From a virus: a DNA stretch of 64,000 bases. Of this stretch, positions 56,461 to 64,000 are shown in pieces. The first letter of the stretch is position 1. The number at the start of each line of letters is the position of its first letter. The stretch spans positions 13,460 through 77,459 of IMG/VR virus record IMGVR_UViG_3300033508_000366. The stretch is one strand, 5' to 3'. Made by a program: the position numbers and the translations under genes. The notes beneath the pieces were generated by a model. It ran no database searches, had not been told where the DNA came from, and saw only the letters and a list, made by a program, of their open reading frames with translations.

Positions 56461-57396
56461 ATGAAATCTGGAATATACATAATCGAAAATCTTATTAATG
56501 GAAAGAAATATGTTGGAAGTGCTAAAAATGTCGATAAAAGATGGTATCAACACAAATATACACTTAATAATAATACACACGATAATTCATATTTACAAAA
56601 AGCATGGAATAAACATGGTAAAGATAATTTTAATTTTATTATTATTGAAGATGTTATAATTGAAAACTTACTTGAAAGAGAACAGTACTATATCGATTTA
56701 TATGATGTATGTAATAGAAAAAAAGGATATAATTTAGCACCAACTGCTGGGAATACCTTGGGGTTTAAACACACTGAAGAAACTAAAAGAAAACTGAGTT
56801 TATTGAAAAAGAATAAACCATCAAATAGAAAAAATTATGTAACATCTGAAGAAACTAAAAGAAAAATTGGTAATACAAATAAAATTAGTCAACTTGGGAG
56901 AACACATACTGATGAGACAAAAAATAAAATGAGAAAACCTCATGGTGCGATGTCTGATATAACAAAGAAAAAATTGAGTGATTGGAGAAAGGGGTTAATA
57001 CCTTCAGAGAAAACTGGTGAAATGATAAGTCCAAAAGTAAAAAACATATTATCAACAAAAGAAGTAATGAATAAAATCAAGGAAATTAATCGGAAAAGAA
57101 TTTCCCCAATGAAAGGTAAATCATCTTCAGAAGAAACAAAACAAAAATTAAAAAATAGAATTATTAGTGATGAAACAAGAATTAAATTATCTATCTCATG
57201 TAAAGGAAAAAATAATGGAGAAAATAATGGCATGTCAATAACAAATAATGAAGAAGTTATTGCAATACGAAATGATTATGATAACGGAATGACACTTTCA
57301 CAATTACAAACAAAATATAATAAAAAATATATGTTCATATATAAAATTGTTAAAAGATTACGATGGAAATGGTTAAATGACGGTAGTTTTCGTTAG
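56461..57396 (+). mobile_element. free-standing GIY-YIG homing endonuclease with NUMOD3 repeats
   Basis: SGIYIIENLINGKKYVGSA...RWYQH, LLEREQYYID and GYN; repeated KHTEETKRKLS / TSEETKRKIG / HTDETKNKMR. Confidence 0.9.
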
Positions 57397-57786
57397 TGAA
57401 TCTGATATGATAATATTAATTAATCCATTAACAGGCAATCCAATTTTACCACAATTTTCACCTAAAAAATCTACGGTAAAATTTCCCAAAAACCTACCAG
57501 TTTTACGAGTATCTTTTAATTTAAATCGATATACTAAGGTATATTGTTCTTCATCTGGATATTCAGGTCTGTTATTATTAACAACAAGATTTGCAGCAAC
57601 ATTGGCGATTCGATATAAACCAGTGTTTGCATCTACCATTGAAAAAGTAACTGCACAGTTCTCCAACATATCCTTAGTAATATCGTATTGCTCCATCGTA
57701 TGTTGGGTCAGTGGATATTTCAATTCAGGAAGTGTGCTGTCTTTCTTGATAAAAAAGTTGTTTATATTGAATGTTGAGTAATCCAT
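57373..57786 (-). CDS. putative virion structural protein (baseplate-upper-protein-like beta domain)
   Basis: FFIKKDSTLPEL...VTFSM...LVYRF...DT..TGRFLGNF pattern. Confidence 0.5.
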   Translation of the reverse strand: MDYSTFNINNFFIKKDSTLPELKYPLTQHTMEQYDITKDMLENCAVTFSMVDANTGLYRIANVAANLVVNNNRPEYPDEEQYTLVYRFKLKDTRKTGRFLGNFTVDFLGENCGKIGLPVNGLINIIISDSLTKTTVI

Positions 57787-58172
57787 TATCCCTTTTCTTC
57801 GTCAGTCATGTTTGCCATTATTTTTTCACGGTCAGCACCGATTCCTTTAACTCTATTTTTAATTGTAGCTGCAACACCGTCACCAATCATACCAAAAGTA
57901 ACCGCATCAAAGTTTCCAAATGGATGACCACTTAATTCAGAATAAAATCTAAATAAAATAAATGTACATAAAATTGTTGTTAAATATCTTTTCCAGTTGT
58001 CTTGAAACCAGAATTTCCAACTCCATTTTCTTGGGGTACTTTGACTTGCAATATCTCTACCAGTGGTTTCAGTTAAACCATAGATAACATAACCAACTAT
58101 AAAAAAAACCACAAACGCCAATAGTTGTGCTGTTGAATACTCTCCAAATAATATTGTAAAAAATTCATTCAT
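57786..58172 (-). CDS. small multi-TM membrane protein, holin-like candidate
   Basis: Two to three hydrophobic helices and a charged C-terminus. Confidence 0.5.
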   Translation of the reverse strand: MNEFFTILFGEYSTAQLLAFVVFFIVGYVIYGLTETTGRDIASQSTPRKWSWKFWFQDNWKRYLTTILCTFILFRFYSELSGHPFGNFDAVTFGMIGDGVAATIKNRVKGIGADREKIMANMTDEEKG

Positions 58173-58201
58173 GATTTCTGTTTGTTATAAATATAGTTAT
58201 T

Positions 58202-58912
58202 TTAATATTTTACATAAATACTGTCAACTAATATAGAATATAGTGCAGACCTAAAATTATCCCAAGTTCCTTGTAATAATGTCAAACCACTTTCTTCTAA
58301 ACCAGCACCAATATAAGCATTTGTTGACATTATATAATCTAATAACCCACTTTTTTTATCACCCATTTCAATACCAAATCTACCCAATTCAGTAAATTCA
58401 TATATTAAACTCTGTGCATTATCAAACAACTTTTCACTATCAACTAATGATAGATATTGTGGTACAACAAATTTTAAATAATACATTCTTTGCTTTGCTG
58501 CCTCAATTAATTTTGCGTGATATTTATGCCAAGACATCAGTACAAAACCCTGCGCTTGTTCTTGTGTCATTCCTTTGGTTGTCATTAAATAAATCACAGC
58601 ATTTGTTGGGTCATCACTTATATAGTGTTTAATCGCAACATCCTTTTCAGTATTTGTCATATTTGACCAACCCTTGGTTCTACATAAATTTCTAATTGTA
58701 AACCTGACGTACATATAGTCATTTGCAACACCTTCTCCATATGCATCCCAATTAATAATTGAACTTATGTCGATATAACCATTTGGCATTGTCATACCAC
58801 TAATAATTATTTTAAACGGAAGATTTCCGTTTAAATCATCTGTATTCCATGACTGGATGTCAACACCTACGGTTTGACCACTTATTTGATATGCTAATAA
58901 TTGTTTTTCCAT
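58202..58912 (-). CDS. hypothetical protein in the tail-fibre cluster
   Basis: 236 aa, translationally coupled to 58912..61041. Confidence 0.65.
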   Translation of the reverse strand: MEKQLLAYQISGQTVGVDIQSWNTDDLNGNLPFKIIISGMTMPNGYIDISSIINWDAYGEGVANDYMYVRFTIRNLCRTKGWSNMTNTEKDVAIKHYISDDPTNAVIYLMTTKGMTQEQAQGFVLMSWHKYHAKLIEAAKQRMYYLKFVVPQYLSLVDSEKLFDNAQSLIYEFTELGRFGIEMGDKKSGLLDYIMSTNAYIGAGLEESGLTLLQGTWDNFRSALYSILVDSIYVKY

Positions 58913-61041
58913 TATTGTACTCGTATTAATTCCAATGTTGCATCACTAATATATGTAGTTGTTCCATTATTTTCACTATTATATTTTAAAGTAAATGTTT
59001 GAACACCAGAAAGATTTAAAAAATGAACCATTACAATCGGATAATATGAAGCAGTGTCTTGTGGTTCAATATTAATATAAGTTGTTCCAAGTGGACTTGC
59101 ACCCTGATATATTTGAAATCTCATGTCTGAACTGGTTGAACTAACCCTACCCCTTGCAACACCAGATATTTTATATAAACCAGATGGTAAACTTGTTGTA
59201 GTTAATGTTACTTTTGTTTGTGGCGTTGTTGAGGTCGTTGTTGATTGTGCAAGACTTTCAGCGTATTGAAATTCACTACCGTAAACATGAAATTTAGTTC
59301 CACTATTTGCAAGTTTTTTTGTTGTATTGTCAATAACTGCAAAATTCTGTTGGTTAACATCTGGAGTAACATTGCCTAATGTAACAACACCAGTAAGAGT
59401 AAGGTTAGTATTGATTGTAACCGAACCCGTTATAGTACCACCAGTAACAGCAAATCTACTTGTATCTACTGGATGCACATGGTCTTGACGTGCATATCTT
59501 AAACTTGTACCAATTGCAACACTACCATTCATTAATGGATTTGTTGCACTTGCCTGACCCACAACAAATGCAGTACTTGCGATTTGTGTTGTGCTTGTAT
59601 CTACTGCAGCAGTTGGTGTTGTTGGAGTTCCACTTAATGCTGGACTTGCAAGATTTGCCTTTAAACCCAATTGTGTTTGAATTGCAGATGTTGTTCCTGC
59701 AAGATATCCTAACTCAGTACTTGTAACCGTACTTACATCTACTTTGCCACTACCATCACTTACAAGTGCACGACTTGCAGTTAGGTTTGAAGTGGTTATA
59801 GTAGTTGCAGCACCAGTAATTGTATCTTGTTTTGTTCCGATAAGGGTTGCTGTTGCACCAGTATATGCATTAATCTGGGTTTTATTGTAATAATTTGCTG
59901 GTAATGTCGTGCCAGTAAATGCATCAATACTTGACTGTAATGCCCTACTATTAATATTAGTTAAAGTACTTCCAGTATATGAATTAATCTGGGTTTTATT
60001 ATAATAGTTTGCTGGTAATGTAGTGCCAGTAAATGTATTAAAATCAGTTATAGCTAACTTAGTATCAGTTTGACCACTAAGATAAATTAGGTCATTATCA
60101 ATATCATCAAGTCTCGTATTTGTACTTGCAGTATAACCAGTAAAAACATTGACATCTAATTTTGTGTCGGTTACCCCTGAAATATAATTAATATCACTTT
60201 CAATACCACTTAATTGAGTGTTTGTACTTGCAGTATAACCACTAAACATTTGTTCTGTTATACCAGATAATATCACATCTGAGGTTCTAACTAAATTTCT
60301 GATTTCAACAAACGTATTTCCAACCACAGGGTCTGCTGCACCATCACCACCAATTTGGGTGATGGTTAAATAAACATCGGTTTTTGCAGATGGTGAAATA
60401 TCAATCCAACTACTTTCACTAATACCTGCAGATGTTAACGAAGTTGAGATTTCAGTTACCCCAATATCAATATAATTACTAACTGTTGTAGAAAATGCAC
60501 CAGTTTTATATTTTAAAATCAAACGTGGATTATTAACACTACCAGACCCAGTTACAACTCTTGTTACAAGTCTTAATTGTAGTGCATTTTCTAAATTTAC
60601 TCTTTTAATTACACGATTATTATTAGCTAAAAACAATTCTGTAGCACCCTGATTACTCAACGTCACACTTGCAGAAGCATTACTATGAAAATCAATCGTA
60701 GTTATTGTCTGACCAGTCGTATTACCACTTAATATATTAGCCAAATCATCAAGTCTCGTATTAGTACTCGCAGTATAACCAGTAAGTTGAAACTGTAACA
60801 CACTTTCATCTGGTGTTGCTGGTGGTGCAGTACCCACTAAATATTGATTTATTGTAGCTTCATTATTTAACACGATAGTTCCACCACTCTCCCTATAGTA
60901 ATACAAGGGTTGTATATCTGGAATAAAATAATCAATATATATCTCCCCTGTATTTGGTGGTAAAGGAGCAAAACTATTGTTGCTCCTTTCTACCAAAGTA
61001 TTGTTATATAAAGTATTATATAAAAAATATTGAAACGCCAT
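58912..61041 (-). CDS. tail-fibre-like protein with Thr/Gly repeats
   Basis: ANLASPALSGTPTTPT...TQIASTAFV and YARQDHVHP fibre motifs; YTG repeats. Confidence 0.75.
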   Translation of the reverse strand: MAFQYFLYNTLYNNTLVERSNNSFAPLPPNTGEIYIDYFIPDIQPLYYYRESGGTIVLNNEATINQYLVGTAPPATPDESVLQFQLTGYTASTNTRLDDLANILSGNTTGQTITTIDFHSNASASVTLSNQGATELFLANNNRVIKRVNLENALQLRLVTRVVTGSGSVNNPRLILKYKTGAFSTTVSNYIDIGVTEISTSLTSAGISESSWIDISPSAKTDVYLTITQIGGDGAADPVVGNTFVEIRNLVRTSDVILSGITEQMFSGYTASTNTQLSGIESDINYISGVTDTKLDVNVFTGYTASTNTRLDDIDNDLIYLSGQTDTKLAITDFNTFTGTTLPANYYNKTQINSYTGSTLTNINSRALQSSIDAFTGTTLPANYYNKTQINAYTGATATLIGTKQDTITGAATTITTSNLTASRALVSDGSGKVDVSTVTSTELGYLAGTTSAIQTQLGLKANLASPALSGTPTTPTAAVDTSTTQIASTAFVVGQASATNPLMNGSVAIGTSLRYARQDHVHPVDTSRFAVTGGTITGSVTINTNLTLTGVVTLGNVTPDVNQQNFAVIDNTTKKLANSGTKFHVYGSEFQYAESLAQSTTTSTTPQTKVTLTTTSLPSGLYKISGVARGRVSSTSSDMRFQIYQGASPLGTTYINIEPQDTASYYPIVMVHFLNLSGVQTFTLKYNSENNGTTTYISDATLELIRVQ
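59858..60035. repeat. two 64-bp near-identical direct repeats (period 114 nt)
   Basis: 59858..59921 and 59972..60035 both encode FTGTTLPANYYNKTQIN[SA]YTG. Confidence 0.9.
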
Positions 61042-63196
61042 TATTGTAATTTATTTTTCTCTTTAATTAAAATCACACCATTTACTACTGTATTTGATAC
61101 ACCAGCTAAACCAGTTCTATATGCAATTAATTCCAACACATCGTTTGCTGTTAATGACAATATTGTATTTGGTAATACAAGATTAGCAATCATACCGCCT
61201 CTTGATGTAGCTGAAGCACCCACAGTATTGTTAAGAATTGTTACACCATTTACAACCAAATTACTTGCAATACCTCTTATATTGTTTGTGCCAGTATGTC
61301 CATGAGGTACGTGATATGAAACTTCATAATCTGCAGTTTTATTAATTTTTATATTAGTACCACCAGTCCAACTAAATGAACTGCCACTGTGAGTAACGCT
61401 ATGCCAAACAATACCAGTTGCAGCAACAGTGTTAATATCAGTACCACCAGTATGCACCAACTGAATTTGATTAGTTACTGTACTTGCAGTATATCCAGTA
61501 AATATTGAGAAATTATTATCAGTTACACCACTAATATAATCAATATCGTCTTCAATGCCATTAAGTAATGTATCGGTTGTGCCAGTATATGAACTAAATG
61601 TGGTTATAGCTAACTTAGTATCGGTTTGACCACTAATATAACTAATATCAGCATTTATATCACTAATATCGTCACTAATATCACTCAATGCTGTTCCAAG
61701 AGAACCAGTTGCTATATTAACATTAAATGTGTTGCCACTCCAAGTAATACTGTTTCCAGCAAGACTTTGACCATCAACAGCAATTGTTTGACCAGTTATG
61801 CCAATACCAACACCAGCCTGTAATTCAAGAGGACTACTAAATAACGTAAATTCGAGTTCAGTAGTTCCAATAACTATTGGATTTTGTGTAACAAGTACCC
61901 ATAATGTATTACCATATGTATCACCACTTAAAACAGGAATTAAATTACCATCACTAACTTCGCCATCAGGTGTACCATCAAAGTCAGTTGAACGACTCCA
62001 AGCACCTGCAGCAACCACATATATACCATTATCTTCGGCATTTGTTTGATTTTTAACCAAAACCCTATTACCAACAACAACAGGAATACCATCAATAGTT
62101 TGTGTATTACTTAATGTAATATTAGTTGTTGTAGCTACCTTAACATTTGCTTTTGGTATTAAACCAGTAGCAACGCTATCAACATATTCTTTATCAACCA
62201 ATGAACGGTTTTGGAATGTTCCAGTATAATTATCCGCATATTGAATACCACGTGGAATTGCACGGTCATCAGTAATTAATAAAGTACTTTCACCCACTTC
62301 AATTTTTGTAATTGGAGTTGACGTATTATCATTACCTTGTAATTTAACAATTCCACCATCACTTTCAAGACTAACTCCACCAACACCATTGGCATCAATT
62401 AATTGAATTGCTCCCACTGATTGTAATGTGATATTATCTACATTGATTGTTAAATCATATGAAGTACCACTAATTACAGTATCTTCAGTAAGTGCACCAC
62501 CAAGTTTAACATCTTTACTTCCAGACTTGCTTAAACCATTGGTTGCACCTGTAACATTAATAATACTTTCGTTATATAATTCAGTAACATCGTCTTCGAT
62601 ATCACCAATTCTTGTATCAGTTGCACCAGTATATGAATTGAAGGTACTTATAGCTAACTTAGTATCGGTTTGACCACTAAGGTAGTTAATATCGTCATCA
62701 ATACCATTGAGTCTGGTATTGGTTGTACCACTATATGAATTAAAATCTACAATATCGAGTTTTGTATCAGTTTCAGCCGTCATACCAGTTAAGGTATTCC
62801 ATAAATCGGTTTGGTTTGAAAGAGTACCTATAATATTACCCCAAGTAGTTGTTGCATTAGTTTCACCACTAATTATTAAATTATTACCATCACCAAGTAG
62901 TGTAACACCACCAACAGCAGATATTGATTTAAACGTAACGTTTCTTGCAGAAGTACCACCTAAAGTAGTTCCAGTTCCTAAATTAGTGACACCAGTTAGC
63001 GCACCATCAAGAATCGGCTGAGTACTACCAGTATAAGCGTTGAAAGTACTTATATTAAGTTTTGTTGCAGTTAAACCAGTAACATCGCTTTGAAGGTCTT
63101 CGATATCATCTTCAATATTACCTAATCTGGTTTCAGTTGCACCACTATATGAATTAAAATCGCTTATCGCTAATTTTGTGTCGGTTTGACCACTTA
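60051..63196. repeat. dispersed 30-bp repeat shared by two adjacent fibre genes
   Basis: TAGCTAACTTAGTATCRGTTTGACCACTAA at 60051, 61607 and 62651, degenerate at 63167; encodes LSGQTDTKLA. Confidence 0.88.
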
Positions 63197-63845
63197 AATA
63201 AATAATGTCATCATCAATAGCATTTAACCATTGCTCAGTATCACCAGTATATGAATTAAAATCTGCTATATCAAGTTTAGTAGCGGTTTCACCAGTCATA
63301 CCAGTTAAGGTATTCCATAAGTCTGTCTGTGCAGATAATGTACCATTTATACTACCCCATGTAGCTGTTGTGTCACCAGTAGGTACATAAATTGTTATTT
63401 GATTACCTACTTGTGAAATTTGAGTATTACCGCTTTCAACAAAAGTATATGTAGTTAAACCACTGATTTCTGCAACACTAAATCCACTGTCTTCAATATT
63501 ACCATCTGCAGTAAACACAGGTACTTGACCATCAACACCACTAACTTTATCAATTTTAGTTGTGGTTTCACCAGTTAAATCACCAATTGTTGCTAAATCA
63601 TCAGGTGTTGGTGTTAATGCAACTGAATCCAGATACAAACCAATATTTGCATCCGTGTTTGGAATCACATTTGTTGGTGTGACAACATTATTTACCCTCC
63701 ACAAATATAGTGGTTGAATTTCAGGTATCATGAAATCAGTGTAATATGATGCTTCATTGATACTTGGATTATTGGTTAGACTTTCTCTTATAATTGTTGA
63801 AGAGAACGTTGTTCCTGTGCTGTAAATTAAATATCTAAATGCCAT
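61041..63845 (-). CDS. tail-fibre-like protein with repeated coiled-coil modules
   Basis: N-terminus paralogous to 58912..61041 (IP[DE]IQPLY). TLSNTQTIDG...GNRVLVKNQ...NGIYVVAAGAWSR is a structural domain. TDLWNTLTGMT is duplicated. Confidence 0.78.
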   Translation of the reverse strand: MAFRYLIYSTGTTFSSTIIRESLTNNPSINEASYYTDFMIPEIQPLYLWRVNNVVTPTNVIPNTDANIGLYLDSVALTPTPDDLATIGDLTGETTTKIDKVSGVDGQVPVFTADGNIEDSGFSVAEISGLTTYTFVESGNTQISQVGNQITIYVPTGDTTATWGSINGTLSAQTDLWNTLTGMTGETATKLDIADFNSYTGDTEQWLNAIDDDIIYLSGQTDTKLAISDFNSYSGATETRLGNIEDDIEDLQSDVTGLTATKLNISTFNAYTGSTQPILDGALTGVTNLGTGTTLGGTSARNVTFKSISAVGGVTLLGDGNNLIISGETNATTTWGNIIGTLSNQTDLWNTLTGMTAETDTKLDIVDFNSYSGTTNTRLNGIDDDINYLSGQTDTKLAISTFNSYTGATDTRIGDIEDDVTELYNESIINVTGATNGLSKSGSKDVKLGGALTEDTVISGTSYDLTINVDNITLQSVGAIQLIDANGVGGVSLESDGGIVKLQGNDNTSTPITKIEVGESTLLITDDRAIPRGIQYADNYTGTFQNRSLVDKEYVDSVATGLIPKANVKVATTTNITLSNTQTIDGIPVVVGNRVLVKNQTNAEDNGIYVVAAGAWSRSTDFDGTPDGEVSDGNLIPVLSGDTYGNTLWVLVTQNPIVIGTTELEFTLFSSPLELQAGVGIGITGQTIAVDGQSLAGNSITWSGNTFNVNIATGSLGTALSDISDDISDINADISYISGQTDTKLAITTFSSYTGTTDTLLNGIEDDIDYISGVTDNNFSIFTGYTASTVTNQIQLVHTGGTDINTVAATGIVWHSVTHSGSSFSWTGGTNIKINKTADYEVSYHVPHGHTGTNNIRGIASNLVVNGVTILNNTVGASATSRGGMIANLVLPNTILSLTANDVLELIAYRTGLAGVSNTVVNGVILIKEKNKLQ

Positions 63846-63863
63846 TTTGTTTTGTTTTTCTTT

Positions 63864-64000
63864 TTATATTATTTTCATTATTTTTATCCATGCTCCATTT
63901 CCCAATGTATAAACAGCACCAGCAGTTCCTATTCTAAAAGCTATTAATTCAATATAATCCCCATTATTTAAACCCTCCAAATATTCTGGCATTACATTAG
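63864..64000 (-). CDS. 3' end of a further fibre-family paralog (partial; runs off the window)
   Basis: Translates ...LNNGDYIELIAFRIGTAGAVYTLGNGAWIKIMKII*, resembling LTANDVLELIAYRTGLAG at the end of 61041..63845. Confidence 0.7.
   Translation of the reverse strand, partial: NVMPEYLEGLNNGDYIELIAFRIGTAGAVYTLGNGAWIKIMKII

Noticed and set aside
58912-63845. Diversity-generating retroelement or invertase-driven fibre switching
   Set aside because: The repeats are short, direct and in-frame. There is no adenine-specific template/variable pair, no inverted repeats, and no reverse transcriptase or recombinase in the window.
1-64000. Stop-codon reassignment (TAG/TGA recoding), as in some Bacteroidota jumbo phages
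   Set aside because: Long genes are intact under the standard code. The TAG stops checked (22506, 43253, 57396) fall at plausible gene ends and are followed shortly by other stops.
1-64000. tRNA, rRNA or CRISPR arrays
   Set aside because: Intergenic gaps are short and AT-rich, with no cloverleaf/T-loop or spacer-repeat pattern seen. The TCGAACC-like strings noticed lie inside CDSs. A tRNAscan run would be needed to exclude them formally.

Overview
This is a 64 kb, AT-rich, densely coding segment of a large dsDNA bacteriophage. It is probably a myovirus-type jumbo phage (T4 gp6- and gp25-like baseplate genes). The host is probably Bacteroidota: TAnnTTTG promoter-like motifs, no obvious Shine-Dalgarno sequences, and FN3 modules of the Bacteroidota surface-protein type. 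Nearly all real genes are on the minus strand; the exceptions are an Hsp20 and one GIY-YIG endonuclease. Replication and recombination genes include a family B DNA polymerase, primase, SNF2 helicase, RuvC-like resolvase, an intein-containing Mre11-Rad50 (SbcD-SbcC) fusion, dCMP deaminase and an ECF sigma factor. There are also lysis-related amidases, a baseplate cluster and repeat-rich tail-fibre-like genes. The most striking region is about 38.8-49.5 kb, a block of multidomain proteins. It contains ParB plus ART-like, HAD phosphatase plus ART-like, CCA-adding enzyme plus 2H phosphoesterase, tandem kinases plus ART-like, WYL and NUDIX. Several of these genes sit behind a recurring GTATTTAT late-promoter-like motif. 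Their domain junctions carry [ILV]-x-E motifs resembling prohead-protease sites. By inference this is a virion-packaged, proteolytically processed RNA-repair and host-takeover toolkit. Several apparent pseudoenzymes were also noticed. I found no tRNA, rRNA or CRISPR array by eye. All domain calls come from motif recognition only; no database searches were run.
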